Virus record (IMG/VR): IMGVR_UViG_3300026078_000017
Coordinates: 62,001-126,000 of that record
DNA: 64,000 nucleotides
Strand: one strand, 5' to 3'
The position numbers and the translations under genes are program-made. The notes under the pieces were generated by a model. The model worked only from the letters and a program-made list of their open reading frames with translations, made no database searches and was not told where the DNA came from. Positions 25,052-35,900 of this stretch are shown piece after piece (position 1 is the first letter of the stretch; each line of letters starts with the position of its first letter).

Positions 25052-26223
25052 AGTTTATTTCCAGACATCCAAAAAACCTGATTTGCAAAACCGGGAATGT
25101 CTTTAGAGCCAAGACTACACAGCTTAGGGATTAGATGTTCAACGTCATTGTGCACATCCAAAATCAAAGCATCATGCAACAGGAAAATTGGAGCTATGAC
25201 TTCTAAGGAATTTGGGATGCTTGCAAGTTTCTCAAGAATCTTCTTGAATCCTAACAAGGCAACGTCCACAGCCGTTGACTGAATGTAGTAGTTTAAAAGC
25301 GCGTGGGGCTTGCCGTCCTCGGGGGTGAGGTGTCGGCAGTAGAAAGTTCGAAGATGCCTACAATCGGTTTTTACGTAGCCCTGGGACACGAATTGACGAA
25401 GGTCGTCAATCCCGAAGAAGTCATTAACCATTTCAACGACCTCATCAGGGTCTCGAATATTATGTTTCTCAAGTGCCTCAACCGTCAGAGACTTGGATTG
25501 TCCATAAAGCTGACTCAGGACAATCTGTTTGATGTTGTCACGAGAAATGTCCTTTGACATTTTCAGTGTCTTGAGTGCATATGAATATACATCTTTTGGC
25601 ACTGGCTCTGTGATCTCATATTTCAATATCTCCATAAGTGGAGGATAACCAATTAGAAGAGAGTTTAAGATATATGATTTAAGACTTAGAGCCACACGAG
25701 GTTCAAGGGAAGTAAAATCTAAATACCAAATAGACCCTTTTTCACCAAAGCGACTGGTAATGATGTCCCTGAATTTCTTAGGCAAAAGCAGAATGTTTGG
25801 TCCTGACTTGATTTTCATCCTACCTGTTACACTCTCATTTAGAGAGTAAGTTGGCACAGGCAAAAATCCATATTTGTCAGGAGTCCAATTTAGAAGATGT
25901 TGACGGTTTTCTGGATTTACCGAGTGCATCTTATGCTTGACGAAGTTTATTTTTGCGGGTTGCAAGTAGTCAAACACGGAATTTGTCTTGGAGTAGATTT
26001 CCTTGTAATAATCTATATCTGTCCCAATTTCCTCTAGGGCTCCAGACACTTGATTGTCATGTTGGGTTTTTGCCTGACGATAAATGTCTGTCGGCAAAAT
26101 GCTTTCCCACGGTAGACTTCCTGAGGTGTGAGGAAGAACCGTTCTCATCATTTTTTTGTAGTGTTCGGGTATGGTATCAGGTAAGTGCTTTCCATACACC
26201 TTGAAAATGTCATTATGATTCAC
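25048..26223 (-). CDS. family A DNA polymerase, polymerase domain only
   Basis: TGRM, YLDFTSLEPRV (motif A), RDNIKQIVLSQLYG (motif B), NYYIQSTAVD, LLHDALILD (motif C); only 391 aa. Confidence 0.8.
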   Translation of the reverse strand: MNHNDIFKVYGKHLPDTIPEHYKKMMRTVLPHTSGSLPWESILPTDIYRQAKTQHDNQVSGALEEIGTDIDYYKEIYSKTNSVFDYLQPAKINFVKHKMHSVNPENRQHLLNWTPDKYGFLPVPTYSLNESVTGRMKIKSGPNILLLPKKFRDIITSRFGEKGSIWYLDFTSLEPRVALSLKSYILNSLLIGYPPLMEILKYEITEPVPKDVYSYALKTLKMSKDISRDNIKQIVLSQLYGQSKSLTVEALEKHNIRDPDEVVEMVNDFFGIDDLRQFVSQGYVKTDCRHLRTFYCRHLTPEDGKPHALLNYYIQSTAVDVALLGFKKILEKLASIPNSLEVIAPIFLLHDALILDVHNDVEHLIPKLCSLGSKDIPGFANQVFWMSGNKL

Positions 26224-26253
26224 AAGTAGAGTCTACCTGAGGAATTATGACTT

Positions 26254-29200
26254 TTATTCTCTTGGAACTGCGGCACCTGTTGCTTGATCGGAAGAGGTTG
26301 CATCCTGAGAGGATTCTCTCAAGGCAAGGGCAGCATTATTCACACGCTCAATAAGAGAACGATATGTGCCATAGGCGTCAAGTGGAGCAAGTCTTGCTTC
26401 TGTGTTAAACTCACCAGCAGAAATCCTGTGAGAAATACCTACAACACCGTAAATGTTGTCAACGGAGGTTCCAGTCTGGAAGTCAATGAAGAACTGTTGA
26501 GCAAAGTCAATAAATGGACAACCAAAAGTCGTGAGTGACAACTCACATGGGATAATCTGAAGAGGTAAGCCTCCAGGTTGTTCACCATTGGCATCAAGTT
26601 GAGAGGTTTGATAGGATCTCAACATGTTGACGGTTGACAAAGCTGCATCCTGAATGGATGTCAAGTTTGCCTGTTTGATTGTTGTACCTTGAGCACCAAA
26701 GATGATGTAAGGCATGGTTCTTCTAAGGAACTCTTTCAAAACTGGAGTTCCTCCTCTGATACGATACATCTCACTATCTGGAATACGTTCAATCAAACCA
26801 GCAGAAGATGCTGCGTTGATAATTTCGTTTGCTGCCTGAACTTGGCTTTCAATGACACCTTCATCGCCACCAGAAAGATTTGGAATACCCGAGATATTTC
26901 TTATTTCTTCTTCTCTTGCGGCTGCAATCAAGGCGCCTTGTGTTTCATAGGCAGTTGTCTGTCTGTCAAACACGTGAATTCTCAAAATTGTCTTGAGGGT
27001 ACCTGTGTCATCAACGTCTCCCTCTCTGTCAATACGCTGAGGAAGACACTCAAGGTAGAAGTCCACCTGAGGCATTCTGAAGGAAGCATCTGGAGTTACG
27101 CCCTGAAGAAGTCTTTCGATACGATTCTGAAGTTCAACAGAGTCGACCGTAGCTTCAGTGGTTGAACCACCACCGTCTGATGACACACGTCTAAACAAGG
27201 CACCATCTCGACCAGCAGTAAACAAGCCATATGACCTAGCTGCATGGTCATCAATGACAGTTGTGGCAATGAACTGCAAGAAGTCCTGAAGGTTCATGTT
27301 GGCTGAACGTGACAAGTTCTCAAGTCTGGTTCTCATGTAGTTCTCATAGAAGAATCTAGTGTCAACTATGAAACTGCCAATATTCAAGTTGCGGGCATAA
27401 CCTGCACCACCATTGAACGGATAGAAGATGAACTGAATGTCATCAAACTTTCTTGTCATGGCAAGAGGTTCACCAACAAACAAAACCAAAAGCTTAGCAA
27501 GAGAAATGTCTTGTGGAACGCCACGCAACTCAGAATCCAGGGTTGCTCCCGTACGTGTGTCGGCATGTCCTCTGGAGTCTCGTCTCTGGGCAGTCAAGGA
27601 ACCAGAACGGGCTCTTGCCAAATAAGGATGGTCCTGAAGAGCATTGGCTCTCAAAAATGGATCTGGAGTTGTGCTCAAACGAACCATCTTAGCTCTAATG
27701 GCTTCTTGCACAGTGCGTCTAATGGCGTTTACAAGCCCTCCTGAGGTAGAAGAGCTGCCGGTACCACTAGCACTGCCATAAAGCTCCTCAAGGCTTACAG
27801 AGAGCTGCCTTGCGGCTTCGCTGCCAGTAGACCCAGCTCCTCTTTGGGACAAGGTCCTTTGAAACTGTCTAAGTTGGGTTCTAAGGTTGTCATCTAATAT
27901 GATGTTATTGCGTGCATCTTCAGCGGCATCCAAGATTTGGATACCACGAACTTCAACGGAAGATGGACCACTTTCCTGACCAAAGATTCTTCTTCTGTAG
28001 TTGCCAATGGTTTCGGAGAGTTCACGAATTCTAGACAAAACCTGATTTACGTTACCAGTTTCATCTGTGGAAATGGTTTCAGAAGAAGCATCAGAACCAC
28101 CACGCATGGCAAGTTCAAGGGTAATGTCTACAAGTCCACCATCCTGGAAGGTAAGGCTTGAGTTGACAATACCATATTTTTCTCTGCATCTCATGGCATT
28201 AATCAACTCAGCATAGTAGTTGTTAATTGCCTCAGTTTGAATGTTGGCTTCTGGGTGATTCCAGCCATATTCAACCATGAGTTCTGTACGAGCATAAAGG
28301 TCAGGACGAATGAGGTTGGCAATTTCAGCAAGACGTGAACGATCATGCAAAATGAAGTTGAGTCGAGCAGTCTTGAACGACATAAGACCAGTACTTGGAG
28401 CTACATCAACCGTAAGTTCTTTCAAGGTCAACAAAGGTTGGAACTTGTCCAAAATTGGGTTAACTCGGTCTGGGTTGTTGTAGAACTCATTGCCATTCAC
28501 CAGAGTTTGGGGGCTTGTGAATATTTCCATGCCCGTTTGGGTATAGGTTGTATTTTGTTCTGTAGGTTCCTGACCTTCCAAGAAGTCTGCATTGCGAACT
28601 TTGTTGGCAAGAGCAATTGTCGACCTAACGTTACCTGAGTCTGAGTCTACTTGAACATTTCCTTCCAAGAATCTAAACAAGGAGATATTCTCCAGTCGAC
28701 CATTTTGAGAAATTGGACTACCAGGAGTAAGAAGCTGAATATTCAAGTAAGGAACTGCCTTGGCTAGTTCAATGGTTGGGATGCCATTAAGAAAAACCGA
28801 AATAGCATTGATATTACGTCCTGTTGGGGTGATTCGAACGTTGTTGACCTTGATGACAGACAAGTGAGGAGAAATGTCCTTGTCTGGGTTATTTGGGTTG
28901 CTGTTGATGAAGCTGTTTGCCAAAACATCATTCATGGACACGGTATTTTCCGCACCATTCAAGTTGGCACCCTCTGGACCTGTGATTTCGATGAATCGAT
29001 TTATTCTTTCCTGGAGTCCACCAGACTCTCCAGACACAGGTGCTCCAGCATCACTACCTTCCGCCGTTTGAGGAGCCGTCATGGTATTGTTGATTTTGTC
29101 AACAAGCTCATGCATCAAGTAGGCACCTTCAGAGGTATCTACGATTGCAGCTACAAGATCAGTGATTTCTTGTGGAGGTGGAGGTAAGTCGAAGTTGGCA

Positions 29201-29337
29201 GTTGTGGAGTTGGCACCAACGATGCCTTGCAGTTGTTCAAGCGCAATTCGACCAGCAAGATCTCTGGCCGTATAAAGGCCAAAGTATTTTGCTAGTCTAT
29301 TTGTAGCTGCATATAGTTTTTGTTGGTCGTTTGGCAT
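26254..29337 (-). CDS. baseplate hub-like structural protein
   Basis: 1027 aa after the LysM/gp53-like gene; hub-like motifs VEYGW, YGIVNS and C-terminal YGVVGISHRISAGEFNT. Confidence 0.5.
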   Translation of the reverse strand: MPNDQQKLYAATNRLAKYFGLYTARDLAGRIALEQLQGIVGANSTTANFDLPPPPQEITDLVAAIVDTSEGAYLMHELVDKINNTMTAPQTAEGSDAGAPVSGESGGLQERINRFIEITGPEGANLNGAENTVSMNDVLANSFINSNPNNPDKDISPHLSVIKVNNVRITPTGRNINAISVFLNGIPTIELAKAVPYLNIQLLTPGSPISQNGRLENISLFRFLEGNVQVDSDSGNVRSTIALANKVRNADFLEGQEPTEQNTTYTQTGMEIFTSPQTLVNGNEFYNNPDRVNPILDKFQPLLTLKELTVDVAPSTGLMSFKTARLNFILHDRSRLAEIANLIRPDLYARTELMVEYGWNHPEANIQTEAINNYYAELINAMRCREKYGIVNSSLTFQDGGLVDITLELAMRGGSDASSETISTDETGNVNQVLSRIRELSETIGNYRRRIFGQESGPSSVEVRGIQILDAAEDARNNIILDDNLRTQLRQFQRTLSQRGAGSTGSEAARQLSVSLEELYGSASGTGSSSTSGGLVNAIRRTVQEAIRAKMVRLSTTPDPFLRANALQDHPYLARARSGSLTAQRRDSRGHADTRTGATLDSELRGVPQDISLAKLLVLFVGEPLAMTRKFDDIQFIFYPFNGGAGYARNLNIGSFIVDTRFFYENYMRTRLENLSRSANMNLQDFLQFIATTVIDDHAARSYGLFTAGRDGALFRRVSSDGGGSTTEATVDSVELQNRIERLLQGVTPDASFRMPQVDFYLECLPQRIDREGDVDDTGTLKTILRIHVFDRQTTAYETQGALIAAAREEEIRNISGIPNLSGGDEGVIESQVQAANEIINAASSAGLIERIPDSEMYRIRGGTPVLKEFLRRTMPYIIFGAQGTTIKQANLTSIQDAALSTVNMLRSYQTSQLDANGEQPGGLPLQIIPCELSLTTFGCPFIDFAQQFFIDFQTGTSVDNIYGVVGISHRISAGEFNTEARLAPLDAYGTYRSLIERVNNAALALRESSQDATSSDQATGAAVPRE

Positions 29338-29338
29338 G

Positions 29339-29626
29339 TTAGCCTATGAATTTTTGCACATCTGCAAGTTTAGGAATTTTGATTCTTGTACCTGGAGGAG
29401 CCTGAAGACCCCAACCCACGTCACTTGCGGCAGCAATAATCCACCACAAAGATGAGTCTCCATAGACTTGACCAGCAAGAATGTCGAATCTCTCAGCTTC
29501 ATCCAAGTAGGTTTCGTCAAAACGAATGTTGCCAGCCTTGATGTTATTTCTGATGATAGGAATGCAGTAACTTGTTCCATAAGAGAAACCAAGTCCAAGA
29601 ACAGGTGTTCTAGCGTATCTCTTCAT
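29339..29626 (-). CDS. LysM-like baseplate wedge protein (gp53-like)
   Basis: ERFDILAGQVYGDSSLWWIIAAAS...PGTRIKIP. Confidence 0.8.
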   Translation of the reverse strand: MKRYARTPVLGLGFSYGTSYCIPIIRNNIKAGNIRFDETYLDEAERFDILAGQVYGDSSLWWIIAAASDVGWGLQAPPGTRIKIPKLADVQKFIG

Positions 29627-32600
29627 GAGTTCCTCCTATTAGCACCAACAGTGATTTGTGTATTTTGTCTATAATCTGTCTCTTTGGCTGCCAAGTCAGC
29701 TTGACTCTTTCTTGTAGCGTTCTTAGTAAGAGAACCAACGTTATACACAGGAGCGTTGTTGAAGCCGTTATGGTCAAGACCTGGCTGAAGGTCATGAATA
29801 GGATCAAACTGGAAGCTGATCTTCACAAGTTTTGGAGCACGATTGTTCAGGCCAACAGTTTCCCAAGGGAACTTCTGGTCGATGTTCATGGAGAAGTTTC
29901 TGATAAATCCAGCAAGACCTCTGCCTCTGACGGATTCAAAGGACTTGAAGATTGGGTTTGGATTGTCGCCTGTTGGCGTGAAGAAGGCATCAATAGCCTG
30001 TCTGTCATCACTTGCATCAGATGCTTCAAGGTCTGTAGGATTGATACCAGCTTGTTGCTGTGCCTGTCTTTCGATTTCAGGTTCATAAACTGCCAAGGCA
30101 GGACGGTTTCCCAAAATAGAAACGACAAACTCTCCCTGTTCGCTTTCATCAATAGGGTTGTTGATTCTAACCTTGATGCCACCAAGAGAACCATCTCTAA
30201 ATCTAGCATTTGGATCAACGATTGTAACCAAGGCTGGAGTTGCAAGAATGAGATTGCCAAGAGGAGGACTTGCTCCGTCTTGTGGAAGTGGATCTGAAGC
30301 ACCTTCCTGAAGTACTCTTTCATAGGTGTCATCTGGAAAGGTTGTCAGGATTGGATGAAGGGTTGCAATGTCATTTGCTCTCCAGTCACCGCTTTGCATT
30401 CTGTTACGAATTTGAATTCTGGCACTTTCCAAGTCAGCTTGTTGCTGTTGATTTCTTGCCTGAGCTTGGTTTTGGATAAAGAACTCTGGACTTGCAAGAC
30501 CAAAGACTCTTGCAAGGTCAAACTTGTTGTAGTTCGACTTGAAGACGTCACCAAGTCTAAGACGAATGAGAGGAGAAGCTGCTGGAACCTGAGAAAATGG
30601 TTGAATGAAGGAATCATTGCCAAACTGAAGACTTCTACCTTCTGTGTACTGTGGGTACAACAAGGTAATCAGTTTGTCAATTTTGAACCACATGTCATCG
30701 AAGTCGTCTGTGTTCGTTGCAACAACAGCAAATCCAACGTTAATCTGTCTTTGAGTATTTTTGTAGGTCAATACTTTACCGACACGACCATAACCCTCAT
30801 TTTCTGTATAGTCCACGGTATAGGTGTCAGAAATGTCATCCAAGAAAGCATGGAATGAAATAATTTCGTTTGTTCTCAAGTCATGGAAGTAAAATGGCAT
30901 GTAGTCTGCCTCAAGATAGTCTTCCATTCTTTCGACTTCTTCAGCAGAGAACCTTCCTGTGTCTGAGGTTTTAAATCCCTTCTCTGCCGTGAATGCAGAG
31001 AATCTTCCATCGTCTCCATCAAGACGATTTGCTGCTGTCTTGATTTGGTTTGGAAGGAGATACATCGATTTTACAGTATTGCTACCCCAGGCAAGTCGAT
31101 TGCCGAATGTGTCGCTAAGTCTCTGCTTGGCATGAAGAACACCAAGCTTTGGGAATGTTGCTCCATCTGGGTCCTGACCAATGTCATTGATTTGATCAAT
31201 GATGGTAGTCTGATTTGTGATGCTGTAAAATGCTGCCTCTCCAATAAGAGCCAAAATATTCATGAACTTCAAAATCGGAGAGTTATTGATCTGTTGAACG
31301 TAGGTTACTGCGGCTGTTCCAACGTCAACCGCAACAGCTCCAGTACCACCAAGATTTGGGTCAACGTCATAAGCCTGACGATGTAAGCCGGCACTGTCAG
31401 TAGAAATAACATTTGTCAAAAGATCGCTGGTTGTTCTAAGAAGATTTCTGAACACGGTGTTATACCAACCAGCCGATAACTGAATGTTGTTGCTGTTTGC
31501 AATGACAAGTTGATTCGTGTTGTCAGTTCCAAAGAAAACCGAGATACCCTTTTCTACACACTTGAAATATGGGTACTTTGTTTTGACTAGATTAATGACG
31601 CTGTAGTCCTTGTATGGACGATATGTGGCACTGTCATCCTGTTTGCCTTCATGACTTCCAAGTCTCAGTTTTCGTGCTTGGGATGGAGACACGTTGTTGG
31701 TGATAGCGTTGGTAGAAAGAAGTTTTTGTTCTTGTTCTACGGCATTGAGAACCGTGTACAAGGTCTTTACCATACCAGCAACGGTGAGAGCCAGGAGTTG
31801 TGCACTAGCCACGCTAGATGCCGACAAAAGTCCAGCAAAAGGAACCAAAGGGTTATTGGTGTTACCATGAGACAAAATGTCTGGACCCTGAAGTTGCTTG
31901 TTTCGAATTTCCTTGTTGTATGTTGGCTCAAGGTCATTAAGGATTTTGACCTGGTCAAAGCGTCCGACAGGAACTCTTTGTCCAAGTCTTGCCAAGCCTG
32001 GTGCTGATGCCATTTGATTTGCACCCATAGCCAAAAATGGATCACTCAAGTCCTTTGGAACGCTAATCTCTCCAGAAGCATTTAACAGAGTTGTCAAACC
32101 GAAGTTCTTCAACTTGTCGATAGGAATGGAAACGAAGTCACTTCCTTCGCCATCAGCTTTTTGCGGAAACTTCTGAGGAACGTGTTGACCAAGTTTTGGT
32201 TGAACGATTAGTGAACCGATGGTATTTTGAACACCTTCAGCTTGACCTGAAGCAAAGGCTGGACTAGACTCAGCAAATCTGTTGTTTGCAAGCATGGTCT
32301 TTTCGATTCTCTGTGGAACTTCAGCATTTCCACCCTTGGAATCAATGTCGCGAAAATAGTCATTGCCTGTTTTCTCAGTGCTGTCTGACTTACCCTTTTT
32401 GATTTGAAACTTTGTGTCAGTGTCTAAGAGACCTGACTCACTTGAGTGTTCAAAGATAGAACGAGCTTGTTGACCAGCATCTGTGGATGCCACGTCATCC
32501 ATGTAGGTCTTTACGGCATTGGAGTTGACGTCAGAAATTGGAGCCGGGTTTCCTGAAGGAGTTCTCTGCTCAAAAATGGTAGAGTCTCCACTGATAGGAT

Positions 32601-32772
32601 AGTCGTTTTTGTAAACCTGTTGGGTTTGGTAGGCAAGATAATCCCCAAGACGCTTTCTTTCCCTTGGGACAAGATCGTCTGAACCAATGACTTGCTTTCC
32701 CTGATCCGACTTTGTCGTCTCTGGAAGCGGTCTTGGTGGGACATTTGGATCCGAATCTGATAGATCTGCCAT
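29623..32772 (-). CDS. baseplate / tail-tube initiator-like structural protein
   Basis: 1049 aa between tape measure and LysM genes; FHAFLDDISDTY...GYGR...YKNTQR tube-like segment. Confidence 0.5.
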   Translation of the reverse strand: MADLSDSDPNVPPRPLPETTKSDQGKQVIGSDDLVPRERKRLGDYLAYQTQQVYKNDYPISGDSTIFEQRTPSGNPAPISDVNSNAVKTYMDDVASTDAGQQARSIFEHSSESGLLDTDTKFQIKKGKSDSTEKTGNDYFRDIDSKGGNAEVPQRIEKTMLANNRFAESSPAFASGQAEGVQNTIGSLIVQPKLGQHVPQKFPQKADGEGSDFVSIPIDKLKNFGLTTLLNASGEISVPKDLSDPFLAMGANQMASAPGLARLGQRVPVGRFDQVKILNDLEPTYNKEIRNKQLQGPDILSHGNTNNPLVPFAGLLSASSVASAQLLALTVAGMVKTLYTVLNAVEQEQKLLSTNAITNNVSPSQARKLRLGSHEGKQDDSATYRPYKDYSVINLVKTKYPYFKCVEKGISVFFGTDNTNQLVIANSNNIQLSAGWYNTVFRNLLRTTSDLLTNVISTDSAGLHRQAYDVDPNLGGTGAVAVDVGTAAVTYVQQINNSPILKFMNILALIGEAAFYSITNQTTIIDQINDIGQDPDGATFPKLGVLHAKQRLSDTFGNRLAWGSNTVKSMYLLPNQIKTAANRLDGDDGRFSAFTAEKGFKTSDTGRFSAEEVERMEDYLEADYMPFYFHDLRTNEIISFHAFLDDISDTYTVDYTENEGYGRVGKVLTYKNTQRQINVGFAVVATNTDDFDDMWFKIDKLITLLYPQYTEGRSLQFGNDSFIQPFSQVPAASPLIRLRLGDVFKSNYNKFDLARVFGLASPEFFIQNQAQARNQQQQADLESARIQIRNRMQSGDWRANDIATLHPILTTFPDDTYERVLQEGASDPLPQDGASPPLGNLILATPALVTIVDPNARFRDGSLGGIKVRINNPIDESEQGEFVVSILGNRPALAVYEPEIERQAQQQAGINPTDLEASDASDDRQAIDAFFTPTGDNPNPIFKSFESVRGRGLAGFIRNFSMNIDQKFPWETVGLNNRAPKLVKISFQFDPIHDLQPGLDHNGFNNAPVYNVGSLTKNATRKSQADLAAKETDYRQNTQITVGANRRNS

Positions 32773-32780
32773 GAACTTAA

Positions 32781-32945
32781 CTATTTGGTAAAGGACTTCC
32801 TGAGAGGGATTACAACATTTTGTTCAAATTCGGTCAAAAGGTCACGGGTTGCTTTTTCGGCCAATTTTCTCTCTTCATCTGACATTTCGGACAAAAGTCT
32901 CTGATATTCAGGATTTTCAATAAGTTCCTTAAGAGTGTCTGACAT
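32781..32945 (-). CDS. small helical hypothetical protein (54 aa)
   Basis: Not in the track (under 60 aa). MSDTLKELIENPEYQRLLSEMSDEERKLAEKATRDLLTEFEQNVVIPLRKSFTK; TAATG overlap with the tape-measure stop; fills the gap exactly. Confidence 0.65.
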   Translation of the reverse strand: MSDTLKELIENPEYQRLLSEMSDEERKLAEKATRDLLTEFEQNVVIPLRKSFTK

Positions 32946-35900
32946 TATCTACCTCCACCACCTGGACGTGACATTATTCTAGAGTTTGGTCTCTCAACCA
33001 AAACTCGTTCCATTTCCTGTGCATCAATGTTGACAGTTACGTTCACGTCAATGTTAAAGTCTCTGTTACGGATTGTAATTTCTTCACTGTCACCAAGACC
33101 AAGTCTACCTGCAAGTGCCTTGAGAGACGTGTTGATGTTTACTGGTTGAATTGCACCAAGATCCGTTGCAATAGAGTTGACCTGTTCAACCATCGCAGAG
33201 ATATTTGTGCTAAGGTGTTGGAATGCCTCACTCTTGAGAACTTCAGCGTTTGCCTGAATGCCCGTTGCAAGGTCATTGAAGTCAATATCACGAATAACAT
33301 TCAAGGAACTGATGCCCTTGGAGATTTGTTCAAGTTTAGCTGCTGGATTACCTGCAATGTCAGGGATGTTGTTAAATGTTCCAACCATCTGTCTGAAGAA
33401 TGCAGGAAGAGAAGCTGGGTGTGCTGCGTCATCATAGAACAAACTAATAATAGTTCCAAGACGAGCAGTAATTTGTTCATATTGTCCTTGGGTACCTTCA
33501 CTCAAGCCATCATACAAAGACTTGAGGGCTGGAGGAAGGCTGACAACAGCTTCAATCATTCCCTTGATTGCATTAACACCAGAAATAAGGTTTGCTGCAT
33601 CACCACGAGAAAGACCAGTGAATAATCCCTTGGTGCTTTCAATCAAACTGGTTATGACATCTCTGATACCGTAAAGCATTGTGCCAACGATAGCTCTGAT
33701 TGTGCCGATTGCAGCTCCCTGGGACTCCGGAGAGACACCAGAAACCAATGTACCGAGTCCTGCCACTGTGTTACCAATCGTGGCAATAGCCTCAAATGCG
33801 GATTTTAGAACAGGGGCAAGTGTACTGAGACGACTTACGTCTCTTTCACTCAAACCAGAGACTTGAGCAACCATCGTTTGAATGAGAGTTGTCATCGAAG
33901 AAATAAGACCACCACTTCCACCTGTGAAAATGTTGGTGAGAAGAGTGTTGATAATGTCTGTTACTGCTGGAAGTCTTGCAGAAAGTTCTTCTGTAGACAA
34001 TCCTGAATATTGTTGATTGATGACAATCAACAGACTTCTGGACAAGTTGCCAATAATTTCCAACATGTGTCCAACAGCCTCAAAGCTTCTAAGGGCATTT
34101 TCGGAGAAACCTCCACCTGTTGCCAAGTTTTGGAACTGTTCAACGACAGCCTTCAGGATTCCCTTCAGGGAACTTCCAAGAACTGTCACGAACAAACTTA
34201 GACCATTTAGACGTTCATCTATATTTGAACCAAACAGAGAATTGTCTGCCTGAAGTAAACTGTCCGGAGGTTGAAGGTTCTTCAGGAGTTCTCCAATGCT
34301 TGTCATGATTCTTCCGAAGAGTTCAGCCTTCTGAAGTTGTTCTGGAGCAACTGCAAGAGAGTCAACCTGACGAATCACTCCCTTAACCAAGTCCATCATC
34401 TCATGACCCAAGGTTTCAACAGTCTTTCTAACCGCAGCCAAGGAGTCGATTTGTTGTTGGGCCGCATTTCCGGTAAACCAACTCCAAATAGAAGAGTGAG
34501 ACGTTGACTCAGAAATGCGAACAATCATTCCACCAAAATCACTTACAGCCGAAAGAACCGTTGTAAAAATAGAAAGTCTACGATCAATGTCTCCAGGAAT
34601 CGACATGTGACTGATGGACTCAATAATGTGGTTGATTTCCTCAATCATTGCTTCAGAGGTTGCAGCGATTGCGGCAATACCAGCAACAGCAGCAATAGCT
34701 CCAACACCAGAAGTTGCGATAAACAAAGCACCTACTGCTGTAGCAGCAATCAAAATACCTGCGGCAGCAGCAACGAAGATTCCGCCTGCTTCCATGGCCT
34801 GAACGGCATTATGAAGTTGTCTGTCATCAAATCCACTCAAGGACTCAACAGCATACACGATACCAGCAGTCATTGCGGCAGCAAAGAGACCAACTGCTGC
34901 CAAACCAATAAGAGCACCAGGCAAGCTACCTTGGATCAAGTTACCTGCTTGACTTACAAGAGCCACAGCTCCAGCAATTTCAATCATTACCAAACCAGCA
35001 GCACCAAGTACTGCGGCAGAACTCAACATTTGTGTGGGTGTGAGATGTCTTGCTCTCATAAGTTCTGCAAGACCCCAAATGCCCAAAACGATAGCTGCTA
35101 CACCGATCGCAATGACAGCACCAATTTGCAACATTCTGGGAATTACGGAAGCATTGGCAGTTGCAGAAGCAGCTTGTGCAGCAGCACCAGCTTCACCAGT
35201 TGCCACAGTTGCGGCAGTTGCTGCCTGGATAGCCTGAGGATTTGCCACCGAGCCAATGATGGACGTAAGACCACTCTGTGCAGCTTGTCTTACGGCAGTG
35301 CCTGCAAAGGCTTTTGTAAATGCCTCAATAAGACCCTTAGTCAAGGATCCTCCAACTGCACTTACCAAACCACCAATGAGGGCTCTACCAAAAGCAGGAC
35401 CAAACAACAACAAAGAAATTGCGCCTGCATGAGCCACAAGGAAGTCTCGTACTCTCGGCCAGATTTCTTGTTGCCACAAGTCCTCAAGAGCTGCCACAAG
35501 TGGCGGCCAAGCAGCTTTAATGGCTTCCAATATTGGTTGGAATAGTTCCATGATGAAAGACAAGGCACCTGAAGCTTCTGCTCCACCACCCAGACTCTTT
35601 CTTCCCGACAACAAGTCAGTTATAAGACGTATACCAGAAGTTATGCCCTTGGCAGCTTCTGTAATAAGTCCTGCGATAATAACGCTCATTGCCTTGGAGA
35701 ACTTTCTCACGCCATCCAAAATACCTCTGCCGGCTGCTGTTGAGCCATTGAAGTAATTCCAGAACATTGTCTTGAGACGTTCCATCAAGTTCTTGAAGGA
35801 ATCTCTTCCTGAGGTGCTTGTGAGACTAGAAAAGAAGTCTCTGAAAATGGTACGAAGGCTCTTCGTCATTTCTCGGAAACGATTTCTGTCAAAAAGGTTG

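Noticed and set aside
15704-26223. Inteins or introns in nrdJ, helicase, recA or polymerase
   Set aside because: Lengths are normal or short; no splice-junction motifs, LAGLIDADG segments or frame breaks seen.
34607-35545. 312-aa plus-strand ORF (also 23776..24543, 46517..47392, 60727..61440 and similar)
   Set aside because: Antisense shadows of well-supported genes, with implausible Cys/Ser/Asn-rich composition.
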